From NCBI GenBank assembly GCA_048213135.1, contig PS015038.1, positions 72,758 to 136,757 of the forward strand: 64,000 bases of DNA, in the 5' to 3' direction. The stretch's first letter is position 1, and the number at the start of each line of letters is the position of its first letter. This stretch comes from Reclinomonas americana ATCC 50394. Its lineage: Eukaryota. Under the pieces are notes generated by a model, which made no database searches, was not told the DNA's origin, and was given only the letters and a program-made list of their open reading frames with translations. This document shows, one piece after another, positions 24,701 through 37,957 of the stretch. The translations under genes were made by a program, and so were the position numbers.

Positions 24701-27700
24701 TGGCCACAGCATCGACGCGACGGCTGGAGGAGCTTGACGGCGGTGCAGACCGGCTGCGTGACGGCGGCGAAATCTTGAGTGACGTGCTCCGCCCCTCGGA
24801 GCGAGCTGGCGGTGCGGCCAAATGATTCGGCGACGACGTGACGGACGCGGGACCGACTCGGCGTTTCGGCTGCACCGGTGACGGACGCTCTCCACCCCAC
24901 GACCGTCGGTTCTGCTGACGAGCACGGCTGGCGGCGGCCGCAGCAGAGGCAAGCGATGGCTGTTCATGAGATTATTGTGAATGTGTGAGTCGAACCAGCA
25001 CCACGACACAGAGAAGAAAAACGATACAACACACCCCAGACGAAGTGCCTGCGGCGGGCGCAGTCGGTGCCGGCGCATTGGTGTCGTCAGAGGCAACATT
25101 GGGAGCGCTCGTCGGACGCTGTTGCGGCGACGATTTCCGCTGCTGCGTGGTGCGCGACGGCGCACCCGGTGACTGTTTCGACGACTGCAAGCATGTCAGT
25201 ATTCAGGCCAAACACATCCAAATCCACGACTCTCTGTAACGTACCGTGGCAGACGCGGGGCGACGCTGCTGTCGATCGGGTGCCGACGGTGAGCGACTCA
25301 CCCGACGCTGACCCTGCCCGCTGCCGGACGAGCCCGACGACGGTGAGCCGGCTGAGCTCGGTCGCGGATTGGCGGCTGGGATCGTGTCACGCGGCTTGTT
25401 GTATGTCTGTGCAGGCACTGCCAAATGGCCTGCGTTTCGCTGTTGCTGGTGTTGCTGCTGTTGCTTGGTGGCGGGGCCCGGTGAAGCCGACGTGCTTCGC
25501 CGAGGGATGCCACTGCTTCCGGTACTCCGTGCAGGTGACGGCGTCTGCTGTGCGAAGGTGGAGGAGGCACCACGAGCGGCACCGCCGGCACTTGCACTCC
25601 GCTGATGCGCACCGCTGGCGGCTTGCGCAGATGAAGGGGGCGGCGTGCGGTTGGCTGTCTGAGACGTACCACGCGACGCCGGACGCATGGTTTGACCCAA
25701 CGATTGCTGCGGCTGCTGCTTGGCAGGCTGTTGTGGCTCTGCAGGTGGCGTCTGCGTCAGTCCGCCACTCTGTCGTGCACCACCGTTCATCGCGCGCGCC
25801 GGCGGTTGCTGTGGCTGCTGAGCTGGCGGTTGCTGTGGTTTGCGGGTGGCGTACAAATCGTCGGCAGACTCGTCAAGTGCAGCGCGCTGCGCCGTGGATG
25901 CCGGCAACGGTGCTGGCTTGGCTGGTGTAACGGGAGGCGCATTGTCGTCAACAACAGGAGAGACAGCGACTGCCGGCTCCGGCTGCGCCGGCGCTGCCGC
26001 GGACACCGGCGGCAAAGCAGGAGGAGGCGGCGGAGGAGCAGGAGCGGGCTGGACTGGTTGCGCACGCTGCGGTCCGAGCGCGAGAGTCGGCGCAGTTGGC
26101 GGCGCAGGCAGAGGCGGCGGAAGAGGTGGTGCCTGTTGAGAACTCGACGGAGCACCGCCTGCAAGCGCGGGCAACGGTTGCTTCTGCGAGAGCTGGCGCG
26201 GGACGAGGGGTGAAGCAGCAGAGCCGGCAGCCGCGGCAGTCGACGAGAGTGGCGGCAGCGGCTTGGCCGGAGTCGCTCCGTCGCCATACGACAGCTCGAG
26301 AGTGGCATCACCAAAGGTGACGTCCTCCAGTGCCGTGGTGGGCGTCGTGGTATCCAGCACCACTGGCTGCGGCGTGCCGAGTTGTGATGGTTGGGTGGGC
26401 GACACGACCAGCGCAGCCACAGTGTCGGTCTGTCGCGGTCGTCAGATGAGAAGGATAGCAGCAAATAAGGAGGGGTTACGCACATCGTATCCCGACATGA
26501 TTTCAGACGAATGAGCAGCCAGGAGGCCACTGCCGGCTGCGGCCGAGCCAGTGCGCGTAATGGAACCGGCGCTGTTACCGCGCATATTCCCGTGCTGCAT
26601 CTGCGCAGTCAGCACACATGCATTTGCGTGCCTCTGCACGACCCAACAAACGAAACCTGTTTGACTGGCGTGGCGCGATCGACAACAACAATGTCTTCGG
26701 GCGAAATGACTGGCACGGCGGCGGCAGATGCTGCTGCTGCTGCTGACGATGATGAGACGAGTGGAGGGACTGTGACACCTGCGGCGGCGGTGGCGTTTGG
26801 TGGCAGTGGTGCAGCGACGTGTTCGTGCATGGCGGCTGAGAGCATGCGGTCGGAGGACAGGCGCTTGGGCGCCGCCAGATCCGTGTCCAACGGCGGCATC
26901 ACGGCCACTGGCTGTCGCGGCGGTGACACACTGTTGGCGGTCACCGGCTCGCGCTCCGACGGGAATGCCGACTGCTGCGACGACGGTTGCAGCGCTTCGG
27001 AGCTCACAGAACGCGGCAGCGCCGACTTTTCCGCAGGCTTCGAAGGACTCGGCGGCAGCACCGTCAGCGGAACCTGCGCACAATGTGAGATGGCAAAAAG
27101 AGGGTACCAGTCGCAATCGGCGTCGACGCACCTGTGCGGCAGCACTGTCGACAGTGGCCGTTCGCAGCGGCTGCGCCTTGGCACCAGCAGCGGCCAGCGC
27201 CAGAGCCGACGCCGACTGGTGCAACGGCGGGAGTGACGGAGGTCGCTCGTGCGTGCTGTGATGAGTCGAGTGGTGCGAGGCGACCGAGGCAGTGGCCTGC
27301 ACACACCAAAATCAGCCCATTGAAATGAAAAACAGAGAGAGAGGAGTCGTAAAACGCAACTCGACGGATGCCAGTGGCGTCGTCCTCGGAATCCGAGAAC
27401 GCCATGTCAAACGACTCCATGCCGGCCTCGGACTCCTCCTGGTCGCGTGAGTTGAGGCGCGGCAGGTTGCGACGATTCTCTGGTGCCGGCGACGGAATCG
27501 ACAGTGGAGGCACAACTGAAGGACGTGCACCAGCGGCTGCTGCCGCCGCAGCAGCAGTGGAGCGTGGTGGAGGCACGTCGAGAGACGGATCGCTGCGTGA
27601 CTCGACCAGCGGCATCACCGCCGTGACGACGGGCATGCTCAATCCACTGCCCGACGCACCACCATTGGCACCTGCGGCGGCGGCGGTAGCGGCAGTCGCA

Positions 27701-29122
27701 CCGGCATTGTTGGTGCCTGTGAGTGCGGCCACGGCTTCGTCAGAAGCTGCCGGTGCGCCATTCGCCGGACGCCACGGTCTCCGTTCCAAGTACAGTGTCA
27801 CCTGCGCGCACGAGAGTTGAGAACAACAAATAGAGAGAGAGGGTGGGGGAGCGATTGCACGACGTCGTCAACAAACCCGATGCAAGTACGGACCAAACAC
27901 CTCGCGCTGACTGATGATGAGCAGCTCGGTGCACAGAATCGACACGTAGTAGGGTGCTGATGGGGGCAGCGCCAGAGCCTGAGTCACCTCGGCATCGGTG
28001 CGCGGTGGTATGGCAGCACGTGGCGGAGCACCGGGTGGCGGAGGGAACATGGATGGACCAACACTGCACGACGACGACCACGAGTTGGCATGCAAGCGGG
28101 CGAGAAGAATGGAGAAAAAAAAACACGCAACGCCATGGCCACCAGATCCGGCGACATGCGAGTCACTTGCTTGGCGGCCGCCACCTCGCGACACAGAGTG
28201 CACACGGCACACAGCACGGCGCGGTGCGGAACCGGGAGCTCGTTAACGAGCGCCTGCACGCGCGGCAACAGCGCCACCAATGTATCACGCCGCTTCGTGT
28301 CGTTGCGCTTGGCCGCTCGCACTGGCTTGTACGCCTCTGCACGATCGGTCGGTCAAACAACGGGGTCGCGCGATACGCCAAGACGACAGCCATCCCCGCA
28401 CACAACTGGCAATCTCCTCCCACTGCGTGAATCGATCGGCTCCCATGAGCGTGCCCGGAATGAGCTGCAGAAACAGCTTGAGCACCGATCCCAGCGTCTG
28501 CGCATCGACCGCTCCCGAGTCCACCGCATGATACAAGCCCGCATCGATCTTGGCGCGCAGCTCGCGAATGTGCGTGCGACGACCGAGCTCACGCAGAAAG
28601 TTGCGCTGCGTCGGGCCTGCTCGTCGTACCGCACCACCGATCAGCACCATGATAGCAATCGAAAGAAAGAAAAAAGGAAAATGGCAACTGACCCTTCGCG
28701 CGCAGCACCTGCATGAGGAAGATGAGGAAGCGCGGGACGACATAGTCGGGCGATGAGAGGTCGTCGCCAGAGGGCGAGTTGACGGCCGAGGTGGCGGCGG
28801 AGGAGGGCGATCGATTGCCGCGATTGTCGACCATGGCGGGCGATGAGGCGGCCGAGTCGCCGGCGGCATTGGCAGACGATGAAACGGCGCGTTCCTCGGC
28901 GCGTTCGCGCTGGAGAATGCGATCGAGCGCAACGCCAAACACCAGAGGTTGCGAGGCCGCGTCCAGACCGTTCAGACCCGCTGCTGCTGCGCCACCAGCA
29001 GCGGCTGTGGTCGCGCCAGGACGCGCCTTGGCGTCGGCACTCTGCTCACAGCCCCTGTGTGTGTGTGTGTGTGTGTGCGTCAGCGAAGGGAGCGAAGTGT
29101 GTGGGAAAACGATTTTGAACAT
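21735..29122 (-). CDS. Large RhoGAP-domain protein with a Pro/Gln-rich linker, a PGP (SHIPPO-like) motif and a CAP-Gly domain (3' end in a gap)
   Basis: N-terminal RhoGAP: VFGVAL, VP.FL, NFLRELG (Arg-finger position), SVLKLFL..IP, RMS..LVA...GPSMF. Exons join in phase through SPGPAAY up to the gap at 23466. Beyond the gap is DGRNDGSWNGTRYFDCAPGYGVFL (CAP-Gly). Confidence 0.75.
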
Positions 29123-30143
29123 GGCCGCCCTCTCGCTCTGCCCTCTCTCGCTGTGCACACGCAGTCGCTCTGTGGATTCTCTGATTATATGTGTGTACAT
29201 GTGTGCATGCGTGTGCGTGTGGGTGTGTGGGCGTGTGAGGGAATTGAGCGGTTAGGGGGGTGCGCCATGGCGCGAAACTGGCGGCGGTGTTCACTTGGGG
29301 GTTTTATCGTGGTGATGCGATGGCAGTGGTGTGCGTACCCCCCGCCACATCGTGATGGTGGCATGTACGCAACATGAAGGCGCTCGCTGGGAAATCGAAA
29401 TCCTGTTACTTCTGCAATTTGTGGACCGACCGGCGGCGATCAATCGTCGCTTCGCGTCGTCATGTCGGCCACGAGAATCGACACTGTGGCGGGTGCCAAC
29501 TTCCCCCATGCCCNNNNNNNNNNNNNNNNNNNNNNNNNNNNNNNNNNNNNNNNNNNNNNNNNNNNNNNNNNNNNNNNNNNNNNNNNNNNNNNNNNNNNNN
29601 NNNNNNNNNNNNNNNNNNNNNNNNNNNNNNNNNNNNNNNNNNNNNNNNNNNNNNNNNNNNNNNNNNNNNNNNNNNNNNNNNNNNNNNNNNNNNNNNNNNN
29701 NNNNNNNNNNNNNNNNNNNNNNNNNNNNNNNNNNNNNNNNNNNNNNNNNNNNNNNNNNNNNNNNNNNNNNNNNNNNNNNNNNNNNNNNNNNNNNNNNNNN
29801 NNNNNNNNNNNNNNNNNNNNNNNNNNNNNNNNNNNNNNNNNNNNNNNNNNNNNNNNNNNNNNNNNNNNNNNNNNNNNNNNNNNNNNNNNNNNNNNNNNNN
29901 NNNNNNNNNNNNNNNNNNNNNNNNNNNNNNNNNNNNNNNNNNNNNNNNNNNNNNNNNNNNNNNNNNNNNNNNNNNNNNNNNNNNNNNNNNNNNNNNNNNN
30001 NNNNNNNNNNNNNNNNNNNNNNNNNNNNNNNNNNNNNNNNNNNNNNNNNNNNNNNNNNNNNNNNNNNNNNNNNNNNNNCAACAGCAATGAGTCTCTGTGG
30101 ATTGCATAAGAGAGAGTGGATGTGAGTGAGGATAAAACTCAAC

Positions 30144-31048
30144 AGCCGAGGCGGCCAGAGCCGAGGTCACGGCGTAGCGCTTCTGGTTGAGGTTGATCTT
30201 GCGGTGCCAGCGGCGCCAGATCTTGGTGGGTGCGAACATGCGACCCTTGCGGCACATGTTGCCAAAGGCGCCCTGACCGGCGCGGATGGTGCCACCACCC
30301 GAGACACGGGGGATACGAGCCACGGCGCGACCAGTGCCCCACGACTCGGCAGAGTGCTGGTGACCAGCCTTCTCCGAGACAGCGTATGCCTGGCGGCTGT
30401 TCTTGCGCATGTTGGTGTGCACAAAGTGCACGATATCCGTGCGGATCGGCGCGACAAAGACCGACGGCAACGGCACCGACTTCTTGGTCGGCGTCGCCCG
30501 AGGGCCATCAAACGCGCGGAACACAGTCACCTGCGGACGAGCAGCGGCCTGCACACACACACACAGTCAGAAGGGACGGGCGTGGTGTATGTGCGCCATG
30601 CATGCACATGCACAACTACAAGAGGCAAGCCCACTCTCACACGAGGTACCCTTTCTCACTGCCACACACACATGTACAAGGAGGGGGCATTGTGCAGAGG
30701 CAAGAGAGAGAGAGAGATGGAGTGGATAGAGAGGGGGAGAGAGAGGGGCCCGCCACCATGCCATGTCGACTCACACTCACACACCCACACACACCATCAT
30801 GACCTTCCATCAATCTCTGCCATCTTGCTTCAAGCACACGCACGCATAACAACAACAACAACTGCCGCACACAGAAACGACCGAGAAACCGCGCGTAGCA
30901 CTCGTGCAGACCACGCGACATGTCACACATGCAACGCACACACAGGCACACAGGCACAAACAAGCATCCACTGTTCTTTTTTCGATTTGTGCGCTGCCCC
31001 CCTCCCTTTCCCGCTACTGACACGCCCAGCCAAACCCACCGTTGACAT
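30144..31048 (-). CDS. RPL4: 60S ribosomal protein L4 (uL4), 5' part
   Basis: [12 protein letters not shown]...[53 protein letters not shown]. The rest lies in a gap. Confidence 0.97.
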
Positions 31049-31662
31049 GGCTATTGCTCCAGTGTGTGGAGAGAGAGAAAGTGGACAATCTGGCGGTCGG
31101 CCGGTCGGGTGGGCGGCTGGAATCTCCATATTTCACTGACACACAACCCGGAGAGTTGAGTCGGCGGGAGGGGCAGCAGTGTGTCACAGGCAGCGGGTAG
31201 TGTCTGTCTGTCTGTGTGTGTGCCGGGTGTCTGTTACAGGAGAGGAGAGCAGAGGAGGGGGAAGAGTGAGGGGTGGAAAGTGTTTGTGAGTGGCGCATGT
31301 GCATGTGCGTCAATGTCCATGGTGCGCGCGCGCCCCCTCTGCCCCCTTGTTTCCCCGCACTGCTTCGTGTGACGTGTACTGTGTGCCTGTGCTTGCGTCT
31401 GGCGATGTGGTGGGAGGAGAGCAGGGTGTTGTGGTGATTGATTGTCATGACACACTTGATAGAAAGGAGAAGAAGAGGAAGAGAAGCACAAGCAGAGTGT
31501 TCTCAGTCTCCTTATTGTGAGTGAGTGCTTGCTTGTGTTCATGCGTGTGTGTGTGTGTGCGCGCGCGCGTGAGGAAGGGGGTGGGGAGAGTGAGAAGAGG
31601 GTTGGGCATGGCATGGCGACGGGAGACCATGGCGGGCTTGCTCACTGTTTGCTCCGTGCAGG

Positions 31663-32247
31663 ATGGGTAAGATCATTCGCGCGCAGCGCAAGGGCGCGGG
31701 TAGCGTCTTCCGAGCGCACACTCACCACCGCAAGGTGAGAGACTGGGGAGAGAGAAAATGAGGCGCGGCTTTTGTGTTGTGTATATTCTCATTCCGTGCA
31801 TTGTGGTGGTGCTGTAACAGGGTGCACCCAAGCACCGCGCGTTCGACTACGCCGAGCGCCATGGATACCTGAAGGGTGTCGTCCGTGAGGTATGCTGTTC
31901 GCATCTCGAATGTGTGTGCGCCGCTTGATTGCTGAATCCATTTTTCTGTTTGCCACGCACAGATCATCCACGACCCCGGCCGTGGTGCCCCGCTCGCCAA
32001 GGTGACCTTCCGTGATCCCTACCGCTACAAGGTGCGCCGCGAGACATTCCTCGCCGTCGAGGGCATGTACTCTGGCCAGAGCATCTACTGCGGCCGTCGT
32101 GGTGCGTAACAAATCTATTATCAAACGCGACGAGTGTGGAGTCGTGAGTTCTAAATGATAACGCACACAGCTCGCCTGAGCATTGGCAACACCACCCGCA
32201 TCGGCACGCTGCCTGAGGGTACCGTGGTGTGCAACGTCGAGGAGCAG
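31663..32247 (+). CDS. RPL8: 60S ribosomal protein L8 (uL2), 5' part
   Basis: [25 protein letters not shown]...[34 protein letters not shown]. Truncated by a gap. Confidence 0.97.
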
Positions 32248-33127
32248 GTTTGTTGTGATTTTTATCTGAAATGCCACTCCCACCACGCTCACTCGCCGTC
32301 CCNNNNNNNNNNNNNNNNNNNNNNNNNNATGGCGGGTGGATTCGGAAATTTGTGGCTGCATGTCGTCGTATTACTTTTTGTTTTGGTTTTTTCCTCTTCA
32401 TTGCCCGACGAGCCGTCCTGTTCTGGGTCTCTTGCCTCTCTTCTCTTCTGCAGTGTTCTCTCTTATCGCTCCGTTGGTGTCAGTACAATTGAGTGTTACT
32501 CAAATCAAACTGGTGTGGACGATCGACATTACTTGAATGCTAGAGGGGGCGAGCTCTTCTGTGCTTCCAGTGCTGTGGTGGCACAACTTCGATGTCGACA
32601 CGTCGGTGAGCCATGCGGGCTATTCGAACTTCTGCCACCGCCATTGATGCTCATGCCGAACGGCGCGTACTGGACTTGGTCACGTGCCCCGCCACCACCG
32701 CCACCACGTCAGGGTGACGATTGCGACGATGACGTGCCACCAGCACAAAAGTTCGAACGTTACAAGCGGATACAACCAATGCACTTTCGCCACAATTGAC
32801 GAGAAAAGTCAGCGCGACACCAGTTTCCGTCGCCTTGCGCTGTCCCAGTGATCGCCACGCGACACTGCAGTGCATAAACACGCACAGGAGGCTGGCGCGC
32901 ATGCAACAGGCGCTTTCGCTTGGAAGAAACAGGCACTGTCGATTCCCGAGTCGACCGTTTCTCCTGACCGGCACACGCCCAAAAAAATGACCGTTCCAAC
33001 AAAGCCACTTTTTCCTGTCGTCTTCGTGAGAGCGCAACCGCACTCCGACTGACCCTACACGCACTCTAGCAGGAAACTAGCACTCTTTCTCTCCCCTTTC
33101 TCCTTTGTCTCTCTCACTCGTGCTCCG

Positions 33128-33997
33128 ATGACGCCCTCCGCTGTTCGCTGGATGCTGAGCGCAGCACTCCTCGTGCTGCTGTCGATGGTGGCCTTCTCCG
33201 CCGCATCGCCGTTCGACATGGACGTGCACCTCGACGACAACATTGACTTGCGTTGCGTCTCTCACACCGCCCTCCCGACGACGATCGCCATGTGTGCAGG
33301 AATCCTCACTTGTTGTGTTGTCGTCACACGCAGCGCTGTTTGCCGAACTGGCCGACAACCTTGTGATCAACGAGGCCGACCTGGAGGCGGTGGAAGCCGA
33401 GGCGCCGGAGCCGGCGCCCGTGTGCCCCGCCGGTGTGCTCTCGTGCACTGTCGTACACGCGACGGCGGTGATGGACGACGATTTGGATGCGTTCTCGGAG
33501 AACGACGACACAGTGATCGACTACAGCGAGCTCAACGAGTTCCCGGCCGTCACTGGTGAGTCCTCCCTCCCTTACACACACATGTGCCTTGACCGCTTGC
33601 TCACTGCTGTTGCGCAGAGGCAGAGGTTGTCGTCGCCGAGGTGGAGGTGCAGCAGCCGGAGAAGGCCGCCGCCGCGGAAGAGGTGCAGATGGAGGTGGAG
33701 GTGGAGCAGGAGGAGGCGGAGGAGAGTGCGGAGCAGGTGCAGACGCTGGACGAGTCGTTCGACGACCTCGACGCTGCGCTCGACAGTATTGCGGCCGATG
33801 AGGTGCTGTTGGAGATGCTGGAGGCCGACGCGTCCGAGTTCGACGACTTGCTGGAGGAGGAGGATGAGGAGGAGGAGGTCGAGGAGGAGGAGGAGGAGGA
33901 GACTGAGTTTGATGCCGCCTACATGTTCAACGAGTTGGACTTTGAGGAGGAGGAGCAGGAGCAGGCTGAGGGTGACTGGGCGCAGACGGACGACATT
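33128..33997 (+). CDS. Secreted, highly acidic (D/E-rich) protein, partial
   Basis: Signal-peptide-like MTPSAVRWMLSAALLVLLSMVAFSAASP, followed by Glu/Asp-rich exons. It runs into a gap. Confidence 0.6.
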
Positions 33998-34891
33998 NNN
34001 NNNNNNNNNNNNNNNNNNNNNNNNNNNNNNNNNNNNNNNNNNNNNNNNNNNNNNNNNNNNNNNNNNNATTGAGTTGCTCACAAGTTGGTCGATTCGACAG
34101 ATCGATCAGTGCATGCAGCTGTTTTGCGGTGAAGCAGGCGACTTGGACGGATCCGGACCGCAGCGTTCATGCCACTGCGTGTGTCAGTACCGAGGCCACA
34201 TGCCGACCATTGAATATATCGAAAAATGCAATCGAATTCGAATTCGCGATCGCAGTTGCGAGCCCCGTCTGCAGCTGCGTTTCCTTCTGGATCGCCAAAC
34301 CTTTGGTGGTTACACTGGAAGTGAGATCTGCTTTATAGGGTCCGGTGGTTGCTGCAGAGGAATGAAGCTTTGCCAATCGATTCATTTCGAACAAGTGAGC
34401 TGTCCGATCGCGTTCAGAGGTCCTCCAGCGCGGGTTTGACTTGCCTGGCCGCGGCTAGCTCAGTACAACTCCACTAATATCGAGTGCTTCACACGGGACC
34501 CAATCGTCGAGTTGCCGATCCCGCTCGAGGACGTCGACGAATTCGAAATCTCGGTGCCGGCCATGGCAACCCGCACAACTGCAACTGTACTTACTGGAAA
34601 GTCCTTGCCTCTTCCTGACCCCAGCAAGCGCCGTCTGCAGTTCGGATCCTTCGCCTTACCACGCGCTGCTGTGGCTTGCACAAGCGACGTCGACGTCGCG
34701 ATCGACGACAATTGCAGTCAATCTCCCAGCTGCCGGCCATCTTCTTTGTGCCTTCTAATCGAACCACAACAAACCTCCTCCCCTTTACCGACACCTTCCA
34801 CCGGCCAACACGAAACTGGAATGAAAAAAAGCGCGACTCGTCGGTCGACTGAACCGCAGGCGGGCCCTCTCAAACTAAACACTCACACAAA

Positions 34892-37766
34892 ATGGCGACG
34901 CCAACCTCCGCCCACGGCGGCAGCGGCAGTGCGACCTCCTCCTCCTCCTCCTCGTCCTCCTCATTACTCGCGCTGGACTTTAGTGGCAAGGCGTTGGGCG
35001 ATGACGACGCCGACGCCATAATCAGCGCAGTGCGACAAGCGTTGAGTCGCGGCAGCAGCAGTGGAGGCGCACACCATCCACTGGCCAGCTTGCAACTCAG
35101 CTCCAACACGTTTGGCCCGCGGGGAACACGGGTGTGTGTGTCTCTTTGCACTTTTATGCACACGCAAACCCACACTGTGTGTGTGTCTGACTCTGCGTGT
35201 GTGCGTGTGTGTGCAGGCGATTGCGCGGCTGTTGGCGGAGAGTGAGAGCATCGTGGAGCTGCACTTGGGCGGCAACAAGGTCGGCGACGAGGGCGTGTAC
35301 TTTCTGTCGGATGCGCTCAAGGCCAGCGGTGGCGGGAGTGCCTCCTCGTCGTCGTCCTCGTGTGGTCTCACAGCGGTGCACTTGTGGGGATGTGGGCTGC
35401 ACTGTGAGGGCGCAGCGTCGCTGGCGCAAGCGCTCAAGTACAACAAGCGGTTAGTGGTGCTCGAGTTGGACCGGAACATGATTGCCGACCGAGGCGCCCT
35501 CGCGCTGGGTGATGCACTAAAGGTTTTGTCCATCTCTCTTTCTCTCTCCTCTTCTCTCTCGCGCGCGCTGAGCGTCTCTCCACTGCCGCAGCGCAACACC
35601 TCACTGGAGACGCTGAATCTCGACAAGAACAACGTGGGACCGCGCGGTGCATCGTCGCTCGCCTCCTGCTTCTCCTCCAACAAGACGCTGACGACGTTGG
35701 CGCTCGGCGATAATGCCATTCTCGACGAGGGTGCGTCGGTGTTGCTGTCGGCCATGGCGCGCAGTGTGAGCACGATCAAGACGTTGGATCTGTCGGGCAA
35801 CCGGCTGGCCACGTGCATGCCCAAGGTGGCGGCCTTTGTGCGCGCCAGCAAGACGCTAAGTGTGTTGCAGCTGTCGCGCAACTCGATCGGCCCTGATGGA
35901 GCGCGCGAGCTGGCCGACGCGCTGCGCTTCAACTCGTCGCTGGTGCATCTGTATCTGGGCGGCAATCAGGTGGCCGACGAGGGCGCGGCGGCGTTGCTCG
36001 AGTCGGTGCTCGGCAATCGGCATTCGGCGCTCGAGTCGTTGCACCTGTGGAAGAACGACATTGACGACGCCGTGTGTGCCACGGTGGCCGACTTTGTGTT
36101 GCGGAATCAGTCGCTGACGTTGCTCGACCTCGATCGCAACAACATTACGGCGGCGGGCGCGGAGGCGTTGTACGCAGGCCTCGATGAGAGGCCGCCGTCG
36201 GTGCCCATCACGGTGCAGCTCAATCGCAACATTATGGAGGCGCCGGGCATTCAGCAGCTGCGCGCACTCTCGCAGCGAGTGCAAGGTCTCACCGTGCACG
36301 TCGAGAACCAGATGACCGCCTCGCAATTGGCGCAGAATCGCACACCTCGCCTGCGTCGACTCGCCGAAGCGCTGCCGCCACCCATGGCACCATCGCCACT
36401 GTCGGCGGCGCAGCTGGATTTGTCGTACTCGTCAACTGGTGCCGCCCCCGCCGCCGTGGAAGCGGACACTGCTACCACGTTGCCGTCGCCCTCGAATCGC
36501 CTCCACGCCGCCTCCCAAGAGCAGCAGCAGCAGCCAAAGCCGCTTGCGCAATCCTTGCCACCACAGTACTCCATGTCGACTTCGCTGCCGCCAGTGCCTC
36601 CACCGCCAACAACAGCGGCGGCAACAGCGCAGCCTCACCAACAACAACAACAACAACAACAACATCACACGCAACAACAACAACTGCCACCACCGCAACA
36701 ACAAGTGCAATCAGCAGCCCCCGGTCGCACGGACACTGGCGTCCCCGCGCACGGTCGATCGTGGTCGGCCTCCAGCACCCCACTGCCTCCCGCCTCGTCG
36801 ACTGTGTTGAGACCAGGTGACGTGACCCTCACGAATGGCAACGCGCCTCCTGCACACGCACGGCGACCACCACCCGCGCCGGTTCGGCAGCACGCACCCA
36901 CCTTTTCCGGCGACCTCACGCAGTTTGCGGCAAGGTGAGACCGCATTTGTTTCCACCGCTCCCTTCATTCTATCCTCTCTTCTCTCTTTCTCTGACGAAC
37001 TGTTGGTGCTGGCTGGCAGTTCCGCGACGACGGCAGCAGCAGCACAACCCCACGGCCGCTCACTCAGCTTCGAGAGCAGCTCGTCGATTATTTTCCGCGA
37101 GGCGCTGGCCGCCGCTNNNNNNNNNNNNNNNNNNNNGCGACTGCACGACACGATCGAGCGCGTGGAACTCGTTGCGTGAAGGATGCAAGAGAGAGAGAGA
37201 GTGAGTGTGTATGTCGCCAACATTGTGCCCAACTCGTGCAGGAGCGTGAGGCTGAGCGCGCGCACGCGGCGGCAGAGTTGTCGCAGTGGACCAGCATTGC
37301 TGGACTGTCGTTGACGCTGACAAGCGCGCTGGCGCACGCACACGAGGAGTTGGCGGCCTCGGAGAACGCCCGTCGCACGGCCGAGCAGCAGCGAGATCTG
37401 CTGGCCCACGTGCTGGCGGAGCGTGAGACGGAGGCGGCCGAGTTGCGCGGCCGCCAGCAGACGCTGGTGACCGAGGTGGAGAAGCGAGCGGAGCAGCGGG
37501 AGAAGGGTCGCGAGATGGGTCGCCTCGACAAGATCTCGCACGTGCTGAGCATGAGCACGCAGATGCGTGAAAAGTTTGCGCGCCTGAAGAGCGAACTGCA
37601 ACAGTTCCCGCTGGATGACGACGACGATGGTGGCCTGGGAGATGTAGGTGGAGCGCGGTCGACAGGGTTGAAGCAGCAGCGGCAGCGGGCTGCATTAGTA
37701 CCGGAGGACAGAGATGTGACGGGCGTGGCCAGGATTCTACAAGTGCCACTCAATGGAACCCACTGA
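34892..37766 (+). CDS. RNI-like leucine-rich-repeat protein with Q/P-rich and coiled-coil C-terminal regions
   Basis: Repeated LxxLxLxxNxIxDxGAxxLA units (for example LHLGGNKVGDEG, LELDRNMIADRGA, LYLGGNQVADEGA). Confidence 0.88.
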
Positions 37767-37957
37767 CCGGCGGGCTCACACACACACCCCTAATCACTTT
37801 TGTCTCCTCCTCCCTGTCCCCCTTTCTCTCTTCTTCTCTTGTGCATACTCTCGTTCCGCTCGATCCATTTTCTCCCCTCCTTCTGGCCCTCTCTTCTTGC
37901 AGGCCTGAAATGATAATGTACGTTGCCAGTGTAATTTCCCCAGATCGCCCCCTCTCT

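Noticed and set aside
29291-30142. ORFs spanning N runs
   Set aside because: Artefacts of gaps that contain no stop codons.
30549-31661. Box C/D snoRNAs in the ribosomal-protein introns
   Set aside because: I found no convincing RTGATGA...CTGA pair with a terminal stem by eye. Left only as a suggested check.
32329-33052. Possible gene after the RPL8 gap
   Set aside because: Only short ORFs, with no recognisable motif or consistent exon chain.
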